Of a stretch of DNA of 64,000 bases, positions 9,323 through 24,494 are shown one piece after another. The number at the start of each line of letters is the position of its first letter. The stretch's first letter is position 1. The notes beneath the pieces are model-generated. The model was not told the DNA's origin. It made no database searches and saw nothing but the letters and a program-made list of their open reading frames with translations. Source of the stretch: Polyangia bacterium (GTDB taxonomy: Bacteria; Myxococcota_A; Polyangia; Nannocystales; Nannocystaceae); contig JAUIKS010000008.1 of assembly GCA_030430565.1 (NCBI GenBank), positions 239,225 through 303,224 of the forward strand, in the 5' to 3' direction. A program made the translations under genes and the position numbers.

Positions 9323-9562
9323 CGCCGATCGCGGCGCCGCCCGCGACCGGGCGCTATTGAGCTGTCTTAATAGGCATGTCTATAGAATAACCTCGCGCGG
9401 GCGCGCGCGCCCTGTCGCGCGGTCGCCGGCGCCCCCCCGCCCGCGGACGACATGCGCGAACAAACCTGTCCAAACAGCCACTGAGCCAACGCGTTTTTTT
9501 CGCTACGATGGCTCGGCCGGCTCGACGGCCCGCCCGCTCGTCCTCGTCGCGCGCCCCCTCGT

Positions 9563-16114
<6,552 letters not shown>

Positions 16115-16131
16115 GCGGGCGAGCGTGTACG

Positions 16132-17079
16132 ATGGGTCTCGCCATGCGCGCTTCGTCGCTCGCCCTCGCTCTCCCCCTCGCCGTCGCGCTCGCCTGTCAG
16201 CCGAGCCCGGGCGACTCCACGACCGAAGGCGACGCGACGGGCGCGTCCGCGTCGACCGACGCGGGCGCGACGAGCGAGGGCTCGCAGGCCGGCTACGCCG
16301 TCTTCGTCGTCGGCGACAGCTGGGCGGAGCTGTCCCAAGGGACTCTCCCACTCTACAGCGGCGACAACATGGTCGCGACGCGGCTGCGCGACCGCGGCGT
16401 CGCGGTCTCCGCGGAGTACAGCTACGGCTTCGGCGGGACCGCGGCCGTGGGCTGGGCGCTCGGCAACCCGTGCGACACCCCGGGCGCGATCTGCAGCGAT
16501 CCCGCGGTCGTCACGAGCCTCCTCGACGATCTTACGAGCGCGCCCGCGACCCCGCTCGTCTACCTCTCGCTCGGCGGGAATGATCTCCGGGTCGCGGGCG
16601 AGAGCGAGGACCTCAGCGATCCCGAGACCCGCGCGCTGGTGCTCTCGCTCGTCGACACCGGCCTGCAGGGCTTCGTCGACACGATCCTCGAGACCCGCCC
16701 GGACGCGCGCGTGCTCCTCCCGGGCTACGCGAATTTCCACTACGCCGGGGCGAGCCTCGTCGACGGGACCAGCTGCGACGACTTCTGGGCGAACTTCTTC
16801 GCGGGGACGTCGGCCCCGAGCGAGGCGCTCGTAAACCTGCTCTTTGGCCAGGGCGAGCTCGAGGGCGTCGCGGTCGCGGGGCTCGCGTCGAGCTACGCGT
16901 CGCTCGCGGCCGAGCGCCCCGAGGCCGTCACGTACACCGACCAGCGGCTGCTGTTCAGCGACGCCGAGGGGAGCGCGTCGCCGAGCGCGGAGGGCACGAT
17001 GGTCGACTGCCTCCACCTGACCCCCGACAACCAGCGCGCGTTCGTGGACGCCGTCGTCGACGACTGGCTCGACGGGTGA
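16132..17079 (+). CDS. SGNH/GDSL-family hydrolase lipoprotein
   Basis: ATG at 16132 gives MGLAMRASSLALALPLAVALACQPS (lipobox LAC). GDS block VFVVGDSWAE and GGND block LSLGGNDL. Confidence 0.7.
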   Translation: MGLAMRASSLALALPLAVALACQPSPGDSTTEGDATGASASTDAGATSEGSQAGYAVFVVGDSWAELSQGTLPLYSGDNMVATRLRDRGVAVSAEYSYGFGGTAAVGWALGNPCDTPGAICSDPAVVTSLLDDLTSAPATPLVYLSLGGNDLRVAGESEDLSDPETRALVLSLVDTGLQGFVDTILETRPDARVLLPGYANFHYAGASLVDGTSCDDFWANFFAGTSAPSEALVNLLFGQGELEGVAVAGLASSYASLAAERPEAVTYTDQRLLFSDAEGSASPSAEGTMVDCLHLTPDNQRAFVDAVVDDWLDG

Positions 17080-17104
17080 TCGAGCGCGCGCGAGCCGGGA
17101 CCCC

Positions 17105-17587
17105 ATGAGCACGACGCCCTCGCTCCGCGCGCTCGCGGGCCGCGTGATCTGCTGGGATCTGGACAAGACCCTCGGGATCTTCCGGGCGCTCGGGCGCGAC
17201 CGCCCAGGGCCGCGACCCCCCGGCCCCGAGCAGGGCCTCCGCCCCCATGTCCTCGAGGTCATCTCCTCGCTGGACGAGGCCGGCGCGCTCCAGGTGATCA
17301 CGACCGCGAGCACGCGCGCGCACGCCGAGCGATCGCTGCGACGCGCGGGGCTCAGGCAGCACGTTCGGCGCGTCTACACCGGCGACGAGCTGGTCGCGGT
17401 CTACGGCGCGCCGAACAAAGTCGAGATCGCGACTGACTCGGACGACCGCCCCCGTGTAGCACGCGACAAACATCGCGCCCTCGTGCCCGGGGTGATGGGC
17501 GACGCGGACGGCGTTGATCGGCCCCTCCCCCAGCGCGAGCTCGCGCTCATCCGACGCTTCGCCGCCACGCAGACGGAACACGTGTAG
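17105..17587 (+). CDS. Small HAD-superfamily phosphatase-like protein (uncertain; overlaps WD40-like antisense frame)
   Basis: ICWDLDKTLG (DxDxT motif I), VITTAST (motif II), APNKVEI (motif III Lys) and VMGDADGVD (motif IV). Third-position GC about 90% in this frame. Starts 25 bp after the SGNH gene, so operon-like. Confidence 0.4.
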   Translation: MSTTPSLRALAGRVICWDLDKTLGIFRALGRDRPGPRPPGPEQGLRPHVLEVISSLDEAGALQVITTASTRAHAERSLRRAGLRQHVRRVYTGDELVAVYGAPNKVEIATDSDDRPRVARDKHRALVPGVMGDADGVDRPLPQRELALIRRFAATQTEHV

Positions 17588-17985
17588 CTTCTGGTCGTGG
17601 GCGCCGGTCACGAGCTGCGTCTCGTCGACGTCAACCGTGATGGCGTTCATCAGCACGCGCCCGCTCACCGGCTCAACCGTCGAGGTCCAGCGCGCGCGCG
17701 CCGGGCCGAGCTCGCCGATGTGGACTCGCCCGCCGTCGCTAACCAGCGCGACCCGGTCGCGCGTCAGCGCGACCAGGTCATTAAAACAGGCGTTCCCCGC
17801 CGCGTCAGGGCTGCTCCCGATCTCGGTCTCGAGCCGACCCGTGCTCGCGCTCCACACCACGACGGTCCCGTCGAATGTGCCCGCGAGCACGCGGCGCGTC
17901 GCAGTGGGTCTTGGACTTGAAGAAGTCCCAGGCCGCGCCGCCGAGTTCACGTCGTGCCGCGCGGGCTGCCGAAGCTCGCCGAGCC
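17433..17985 (-). other. WD40-like repeat coding remnant (possible pseudogene or unusual overlapping gene)
   Basis: The minus frame (part of ORF 16955..19267) encodes four consecutive WD40-like units: LAGTFDGTVVVWSASTG, VALVSDGGRVHIGEL, LVTGAHDQKLHVFRL, GPINAVRVAHHPGHEGAMFVACYTGAVVRVS. Third-position GC is about 88-90% over 17590-17960 and lower where it overlaps the HAD ORF. No Met start. No stop until 16955. No upstream repeats. Confidence 0.3.
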
Positions 17986-18133
17986 CGGCTACGCGCGACT
18001 GGGACAGGATCTGATCGTCTGGGGCGCGCCCGTCTGGTCCGAGTGACGCCGCGACGAACGGCGGCGCGCTCGTGTGAGACGGTGAGGCGCGGCCCGTTGA
18101 CCGTGGCCCCGCCCGTCGTCGATAACGACGCCG

Positions 18134-19615
18134 ATGGCCAAGCGACCCAAACCCCGCGGACAGAACGGGACCCTCACCCTCGAGCGCCTGATGGAGCGCG
18201 TCGCCGAGTTCGTCGCGGCGCAGCCGTCTCCCGAGCACCTCGGCGAGCCCGTCGACGCGCTCGCGCGTGTCGTCGGATCCGCCGCCGCGCCGGTCGTCGC
18301 CGCGCTCCCGCCGTCGACGATGTCCCCCGCAGCGCTGCGTGTCGCGGTCGCCGCTGGGGCCGATGTCGAGGCGCCGATCGCCGCGCTGCTCGCCGCCGCG
18401 GGGAGTCAGACCGGCTACGAGGGGCCGGCGCGCGCGGCCGCGACGCTGATCCGCGCGCTGGGGCTGGTCGGCGAGCGCGACGATCTGCGCGGCGCGATCG
18501 AGTCGCTGCGCCAGCCGCTCGAGATGCACTTTCAGTACGTCGTCGACGCCTGGGTCGAGATCGGGCGACTCGACGAGGCCCAGGCCGACGCGACGCGCTG
18601 GCTCGCGGCCAACGACGGGGAGTTCAGCATGTTCGTCGAGGCCGGCTCGATCGGCCGGATGGCTGGCGCGCTCGCGCCGACGGACTTCGCCACCGCCAAG
18701 CGCTGGATGGAGACGATCCGAGCCGACGACCGCGCGACGGCGATCGAGGCGAACGTCGCCGGCTTCGCGAGGCTCGCCGACGACGATCTGGACACGCTGC
18801 TCTCGATGGTCGATCGGTCGACGAAGACGAGCGCCGCCGCGCGGCTCGCCGAGGCGCTGCGGGCGACGGGTCGCGAGGACGCCGCGCGGCGAGTTCGGCT
18901 CGCGCCCGTCGAGAACGACCTCGATCGGGTCGAGGCGCTGCGCGAGCTCGGCGACGACGAGGGCGCCCGCGCCGTCCTGCGCGAAGGGACACCTCCGGAG
19001 TACGCCGAGCTGGACTGGCCGCGCCACAAGATCGCGCTCGGGGTCGAGCCGCTCGACGAGCTCTGGCGGCCGTTCGCGAAGGTCAGCGCGGTGAGCAAGT
19101 CGGTGATGTCGGTCGTCCAGCGGCTCTCGATCCTGTGCATGGCGGCGCTCGAGCGCGGCGCGGACGCGGCCGAGCTCGATCCGCTGCTGCAGGAGCAGCG
19201 CAAATTCATCGAGAGGGGTCCCAAGACCCAGTACGACCACGGCGTCGCGGACCGCTTCATCCAGCACGCCGAGGCGCTCGCGCTCCAGGCCCGCGCGCAG
19301 ACGGCCGACGAGGCCGAGCTCCGCGCGTGGTTCGAGGCGCGGCGCAAGGCGCTCAAGGGCATAAGCTCGGACACGAAGTCGCAGCGGATCGGCCTCCAGG
19401 TCCGCTTCGCGCTCACGCTAGACCTGCCTGATGAGGCATATAAAACCGCGAAGAAGGCGTCGCCGAAGACGCGCCCCGGGCACGCGGCGGCGGTCGTCAA
19501 GGGCTACCTCCCGGAGGACCCAGCCGGGGCCCTCGCGGCGCTCGAGGGCCTGGCGGCCAAGGACGCGCGCAAGTGGCTGGCGGGGGCGCTGGCGATCAGC
19601 CGCGCGCGGGTGTAG
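18134..19615 (+). CDS. Hypothetical protein (alpha-helical, 493 aa)
   Basis: ORF 18134..19615 has varied composition (W, F, Y, K present) and high third-position GC. The antisense ORFs (16955..19267-, 18532..19500-) are S/R-rich junk. Confidence 0.7.
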   Translation: MAKRPKPRGQNGTLTLERLMERVAEFVAAQPSPEHLGEPVDALARVVGSAAAPVVAALPPSTMSPAALRVAVAAGADVEAPIAALLAAAGSQTGYEGPARAAATLIRALGLVGERDDLRGAIESLRQPLEMHFQYVVDAWVEIGRLDEAQADATRWLAANDGEFSMFVEAGSIGRMAGALAPTDFATAKRWMETIRADDRATAIEANVAGFARLADDDLDTLLSMVDRSTKTSAAARLAEALRATGREDAARRVRLAPVENDLDRVEALRELGDDEGARAVLREGTPPEYAELDWPRHKIALGVEPLDELWRPFAKVSAVSKSVMSVVQRLSILCMAALERGADAAELDPLLQEQRKFIERGPKTQYDHGVADRFIQHAEALALQARAQTADEAELRAWFEARRKALKGISSDTKSQRIGLQVRFALTLDLPDEAYKTAKKASPKTRPGHAAAVVKGYLPEDPAGALAALEGLAAKDARKWLAGALAISRARV

Positions 19616-19666
19616 CGGCGCTCGACGTCAGGTCCACGGCGGCGTGGGGATAACTCGGACGCGCTC

Positions 19667-19987
19667 TCAGCCGAGGTCGAAGGTCCTGTACGCGCCAGCG
19701 TGGATCGTGCTGCGGACCGCGGCGAAGGTCGCGTCGGCCGACTCCTCGGGCATGTAGATCGTCAGCGGCGGGTCGGAGTAAAACCGAAAATACGGTCTCG
19801 GCTGGAAGCGATCGCGCTCGCCGATGTAGCCGCGGAAGACGGGCGGCCGCTCGCGCCTGAAGGCGGTGAACTCGCGCCGAAGCCAATGATCGCCGACCCG
19901 CAGCTCGAGCCACTCGCTGGTCACGACGACCTCGCGGACGCCTTCGAGGCCCTCGACCGCCGAGGGCACGAAACGAACCTCCCGCAT
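19667..19987 (-). CDS. Small hypothetical protein (106 aa)
   Basis: ORF 19667..19987 (MREVRFVPSAVEGLEGVREVVVTSEWLELRVGDHWLRREF...) is protein-like with aromatic content. The overlapping 135-aa ORF (19596..20003-) is R-rich. Confidence 0.45.
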   Translation of the reverse strand: MREVRFVPSAVEGLEGVREVVVTSEWLELRVGDHWLRREFTAFRRERPPVFRGYIGERDRFQPRPYFRFYSDPPLTIYMPEESADATFAAVRSTIHAGAYRTFDLG

Positions 19988-20164
19988 CGCTCGATTCTGA
20001 CACGGCGCGGCGGGTTACGCGAGAGCATGCTCACTGCCCGAGGAGTCCGCATCACGCCCATTTCTGTTCTTTCGGCCAGCAGCCCGCGGGCGCGCGCTGC
20101 CTGGACGAAGGTCTCGACTCCCGGCTGGACGCGGCGATCAAACTGATCGACGCTGGGGGCGTCC

Positions 20165-21973
20165 ATGGACGCGTCGATCCGCCGCACTCAAGTCGACCTC
20201 TCGGGCCTGATGCGGGTCCTCGGGCAGCACCTCTACTCGACCCCGAACGTCGTGGTGCGCGAGCTGATCCAGAACGCGCACGACTCGTGCGTGCGTCGGG
20301 GCGCGGGCGATCCGAACGCCCCAGCGCCGCTGATCCGCGTGACCGCCGACGCCCAGGCCGGGCAGCTGCACATCGAGGACAACGGCGCGGGCTTGACCGC
20401 CGATGAGCTCGAGAACTACCTCGCGGTGATCGGGCGCGGGCAGACGGGCGAGTCGCGCGAGGAGGGCGTCGAGGGGCTGATCGGCATGTTCGGCCTCGGC
20501 TTCCTCTCGGCCTACGTGGTCGCCGAGACCACCGAGGTCTGGACCGCGTCGGCGCGCGCCCCCGGGGTCGCCTGGCGGTTCATCTCGCGCTCCGGGCAGA
20601 GCTTCACGCTCGAGCCGGGCCCGACGCGGCCGGTGGGGACGCGGGTCAGCTTGACGCTCAAGCCCGCGCACCGCGACCTCGCGCGCCCGCCGATCCTGTC
20701 GGCGCTGGTGCGGCGGTACTGCCGGATGCTGCCGATCGCGATCGAGCTGACGCACGACGGCGAGCGGCTCGGCGCGAGCCCGCCCCCGTGGCGCGCGCCG
20801 GGGCTGTCGCCGCTGCGTCGACGCAAGCTCGCGCTCGAGCTCGCGCAGCAGTTCGAGTCCGGCTTCGCGCCGCTGTGCACGCTTGATCTCGAGGATGACG
20901 ACGAGGACGAGGACGCGCGCGTCTCGGGCGTGCTCTGGATCCAGGACGGCTCGAGCTACGGCAACGCGGATAACCGGCGGGTCTCGCTGTTCGTGCGCGG
21001 GATGCTGGTGACCGACGACGCGCGCTGGGTCCTGCCCGACTGGGCGACCTTCGCGGGCGCGGTGATCGAGTCGGGCGCGCTCTCGCCGACGGCGAGCCGC
21101 GAGGACATCCAGCGCGACGCGAGCTTTCGACGCGCGCGCCAGGTCGTGACCACCTCGCTGATCAGCGGCCTCGCGCGGCTCGCGAGCGAGGAGCCGCGGA
21201 CCTGGCGACGCGTGCTCCGGCGACACAACGAGGCGCTGCTGGGCGCCGCGCTGTGCGACGCCCAGCTGTTCGACCTGGTCGCGGATCAGCTGACGGTGCC
21301 GACGAGCATGGGCGACCTGCACGTCAAGACGATCCTGCGGCGCTCGGGCGGCACGATCCACGTCACGCGGGCGCAGCGAGTCGGCGTCGAGGGCCTGATG
21401 TTTCGCGCGCGCGCGATCCCGGTGGTCCAGGGCACGCGCTACGGCGCGCTCGCGTTCTCGCGCGAGTACACGGCGCGCCGCGGCGGCGGGCTGCACATCA
21501 TCGGCGAGCGCGAGGACCCGGCGGGGCTGGGGGTACGGCTGGCCCAAGAGACCGATCCGAGGCTCGAGGAGTGGTTCGGCACGCCCTCGACCAAGGTCGT
21601 CGCCGCGCGCTTCGAGCCGCCGACCTTGCCCTTCGTGCCGATCGTCGACCGCGCGCAGGAGCTCAAGCAGCGCATCGAGTCCGATCGCGCCGACGCGGCG
21701 ATCGGCGCGGCCGCGCTCGCGCTCGCGCGCAGCTTCACCGCGAAGATCGACAAGGGCGCGCGCCAGCGCCTCTACGTCAACCTCGACTGCCCGGCGATCC
21801 AGGGCGTCTTGGCGGCGACGCGCCCCGCGACGATCGAGCTCGGCGTGCAGCTGCTGCGCGCCGTGCTCGGCATGCTCGCGGCCCACGACGACCTCGAGGA
21901 GCTGCCGTCTCTGGACAGCGCGCTCGCGGACTTCAACGCCGCGCTCTCGACCGTGACGACGACCTCCTCCTGA
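20165..21973 (+). CDS. Hsp90-family (HtpG-like) GHKL ATPase paralog
   Basis: LYSTPNVVVRELIQNAHDSC matches the Hsp90 N-terminal LYS..EIFLRELISNASDA motif. IEDNGAGLT and IGMFGLGFLSAYVVAE match the G-x-x-G-x-G ATP lid. 602 aa, shorter than canonical HtpG. Confidence 0.8.
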   Translation: MDASIRRTQVDLSGLMRVLGQHLYSTPNVVVRELIQNAHDSCVRRGAGDPNAPAPLIRVTADAQAGQLHIEDNGAGLTADELENYLAVIGRGQTGESREEGVEGLIGMFGLGFLSAYVVAETTEVWTASARAPGVAWRFISRSGQSFTLEPGPTRPVGTRVSLTLKPAHRDLARPPILSALVRRYCRMLPIAIELTHDGERLGASPPPWRAPGLSPLRRRKLALELAQQFESGFAPLCTLDLEDDDEDEDARVSGVLWIQDGSSYGNADNRRVSLFVRGMLVTDDARWVLPDWATFAGAVIESGALSPTASREDIQRDASFRRARQVVTTSLISGLARLASEEPRTWRRVLRRHNEALLGAALCDAQLFDLVADQLTVPTSMGDLHVKTILRRSGGTIHVTRAQRVGVEGLMFRARAIPVVQGTRYGALAFSREYTARRGGGLHIIGEREDPAGLGVRLAQETDPRLEEWFGTPSTKVVAARFEPPTLPFVPIVDRAQELKQRIESDRADAAIGAAALALARSFTAKIDKGARQRLYVNLDCPAIQGVLAATRPATIELGVQLLRAVLGMLAAHDDLEELPSLDSALADFNAALSTVTTTSS

Positions 21974-21986
21974 AACGAGCGACGCG

Positions 21987-24251
21987 ATGGATATCTGGGC
22001 CTGGGTGCAAGCGAAGAAGCGGGCGCTGCGACGCGCCGGCCACGGGCGGCTGGCGACGATCATGTCGCGGCTGCCGACGCTGGTCTGCGACATGAAGCAC
22101 GAGCAGGCCGAGTCCCTGGTCCCCGAGGGCTTGATCCTCGCGCGCCAGCTCGACGAGCCGTGGGTCGAGATCTTCCTGCGCCACTGGCTGATGCAGAGCC
22201 GCGTCCTCGATCGTCGGCAGGGCCGCGCCAACCTCGAGGAGTGCGTGGAGCTGCTGGAGTTCGCGCACCGCGAGCAGGGCCGCGAGTGCCCGCAGAGCGT
22301 GTGCGTGGTGCAGGACTTCGCCAACTGCTACGGGATCGCCGACGGGCCCGGCTACGCCGACGAGCGCCTGCGCGTCTCGACCGAGACGCTCGCGCGGATC
22401 AACCCGGCGTGGCCGTGCTTTCGCTGCATCAGCGTCGAGCACGCGAGCGCGCTGAGCGACGCTGGCCGCGAGCAGGAGGCGCTCGAGTTCATCGAGACGC
22501 AGATCGCCAGGAGCGTCGCCGCCGGGGTCGAGGACGCGCAGGAGGACTACATGCTCTCGCGCGCGAGCCACATGATCGACGCCGGCCGCTACGCCGAGGC
22601 GCTCGCGCAGCTCGAGGAGTACGGGCCGCCCAAGAACCGCGGCGCGAGCGGGCGCGTCGAGTGGCGCCTGTCGAAGGCCGAGGCGCTGGCGCGGATGGGG
22701 CGTCTCGAGGAGGCCGAGCGCGAGCTGCCGGCCGTCGACGAGCTCGACCGCAGCGACGAGCTCGACTGGCTGACCGTCAGCGAGCTGCTCGTCAACAGCG
22801 GGCAGCTCGAGAACACGCCGGCGCTGGTTCGCCAGGCCTTCGCGCTCGTCGACCACTGCCGACGCGACGGGGCCGACCACGACGGCGCGCTCACGGCGTT
22901 GATGGCCGCGCGACTCTCGGCCGCCCGCGGCTGCCGGCACGCCGGCGAGCTGCTGCTCGAGGCCTACGCGGAGTTCGAGGGGCGGCTGCTCAAGCCCGAG
23001 CTGCTCGCGGAGGAGCGCGCGTCGACGCGCGCGGCGGTCGCGGCCACGCGCCTGCCCGCGCTCGAGCCCTACGCGTCCCCTGCGGCGCTGCTCGAGGCGC
23101 TGCCCGACGAGCGCGACGCGAGCCTCGAGCTGCTCGGGGCCGCGCGCGCGCGCTGGCCCGACGACGAGGCGCTGCTGTGTCGCTACGCGCTGCTGCTCGC
23201 GGACTTCAGCATGGGCGCGCTGGCCGAGTCGCTGCTCGGTCGATTCGCGCGCGCCGACCCCGAGTCGCACGCGGCCCGGCGCGCGCTCGGCCTGTTGCTG
23301 CGCGACCGGGGCGACCACGCCCAGCTCGCGCGCTTCGTCGACGAGCACCACGGCCCCGATGATCCCTACGGGCGCTGGCTGCTGGCGACGAGCCATGAGC
23401 GCGCCGGCCGACTCGAGGCCGCCGCCCGCGAGCTGCGTCGCCTGCTCGAGCTCGACCCCGACGCCGAGGTGCCGATGGCGCGGCTGTGCGAGCTCGAGTG
23501 TCAGCGCCGGCGCTGGCCGGAGGCGCTCGAGCTCGCCGAGCGCCTGGTCGCGCGGCTCGAGCCCGGCTCGTCCGACTGGGACCGGATCACCGCCGCGACC
23601 GCCCTCGGCCGCTGGGATCTGGTCCGCGACTCGTGTCGCCGCCTGGGTCATGAGCTCGCGGACGAGGAGGGGCCGATCGACGCCAACTGGGGCTCGTGCA
23701 AGATCGAGTTCGAGGACGACGCGACGCGCACGCGCTGGGCGCGGAGGACCGGGCCCGTGACCGCGCGCGTCACCGAGATCTGCGGGCCCGAGGCAGCCCA
23801 TGAGCACCACCGCGACCTCGTGCTCTTCGACCCCGCGCCGGTCACCCGCGAGCGTGACGACGATGATCGCGCGCTGTGCACCTACCGGGCGCTCGAGCTG
23901 CTCCAGGCCGGTGAGCGCCGCTCGTTCACGCTCGACGCCCGCGCGCCCACCCCCGACCAACTCCAGGCGCTGCGCGACGCGCTGGCGCCCCTCGACATCA
24001 CCCTGCAGCGGCGCAGCGGGAGCGCCTACAAGATCGACGACAGCGAGTCAGGCGCGCGCTTCGACGGCATGTACTTCTACGTCAGCGCCCCGGCCCAGCG
24101 CGCGCTCGAGGAGCTGCACGCCGCGCTCGCGGCCGCGACCGCCGAGTGGCCGGCGCCGGTCGTCTGGATCGAGCTCGTCGAGGCCATGGGCGACGCGCGC
24201 GAGGAGGAGCGCGCGCGCCAGCGCGCGCTGGTCGAGCGCTACGGGCTCTGA
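21987..24251 (+). CDS. Large TPR/helical-repeat-like hypothetical protein
   Basis: 754-aa ORF starting 14 bp after the Hsp90-like gene stop, so operonic. Helical-repeat composition (EALEFIETQIAR..., RWLLATSHERAGRLEAAARELRRLLELDPD). The antisense 675-aa ORF is junk. Confidence 0.7.
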   Translation: MDIWAWVQAKKRALRRAGHGRLATIMSRLPTLVCDMKHEQAESLVPEGLILARQLDEPWVEIFLRHWLMQSRVLDRRQGRANLEECVELLEFAHREQGRECPQSVCVVQDFANCYGIADGPGYADERLRVSTETLARINPAWPCFRCISVEHASALSDAGREQEALEFIETQIARSVAAGVEDAQEDYMLSRASHMIDAGRYAEALAQLEEYGPPKNRGASGRVEWRLSKAEALARMGRLEEAERELPAVDELDRSDELDWLTVSELLVNSGQLENTPALVRQAFALVDHCRRDGADHDGALTALMAARLSAARGCRHAGELLLEAYAEFEGRLLKPELLAEERASTRAAVAATRLPALEPYASPAALLEALPDERDASLELLGAARARWPDDEALLCRYALLLADFSMGALAESLLGRFARADPESHAARRALGLLLRDRGDHAQLARFVDEHHGPDDPYGRWLLATSHERAGRLEAAARELRRLLELDPDAEVPMARLCELECQRRRWPEALELAERLVARLEPGSSDWDRITAATALGRWDLVRDSCRRLGHELADEEGPIDANWGSCKIEFEDDATRTRWARRTGPVTARVTEICGPEAAHEHHRDLVLFDPAPVTRERDDDDRALCTYRALELLQAGERRSFTLDARAPTPDQLQALRDALAPLDITLQRRSGSAYKIDDSESGARFDGMYFYVSAPAQRALEELHAALAAATAEWPAPVVWIELVEAMGDAREEERARQRALVERYGL

Positions 24252-24494
24252 CGACCCGCCTGTTCGGTCATGTCTCAGAGACCCGCTGCGGAAGGCCGCG
24301 CGCGCGGCGAGCTCACGCGCGCAGCCGCTCACCCGGCGTCCACGGTCGCGCCATCACCAGCGAGTCGAGCCCCGCGCCCCCGCCGTCGCGGCCGCTCGTG
24401 CTCAAGATGACCCAAAAGACATATCGAAGGTAGAAGCCGATCGCGCGCTGGTTTTGGGGCTCGACCTCGAGCGTGGGGCGGTCACCGGGCGGAC

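Noticed and set aside
8215-9360. 381-aa plus ORF inside serB
   Set aside because: Alternative frame of serB. The translation is almost entirely R/A/P/G.
17514-18014. 166-aa and 107-aa plus ORFs (17514..18014, 17597..17920)
   Set aside because: S/T/R-rich junk. The minus frame here has higher third-position GC and WD40-like content.
17875-19431. 518-aa plus ORF
   Set aside because: Off-frame of the hypothetical gene 18134..19615. R/A/G-rich.
20138-22324. 728-aa minus ORF
   Set aside because: Antisense to the Hsp90-like gene. No motifs. The plus frame has clear GHKL ATPase signatures.
21933-23960. 675-aa minus ORF
   Set aside because: Antisense to the TPR-like gene. R/A/G/L-rich.
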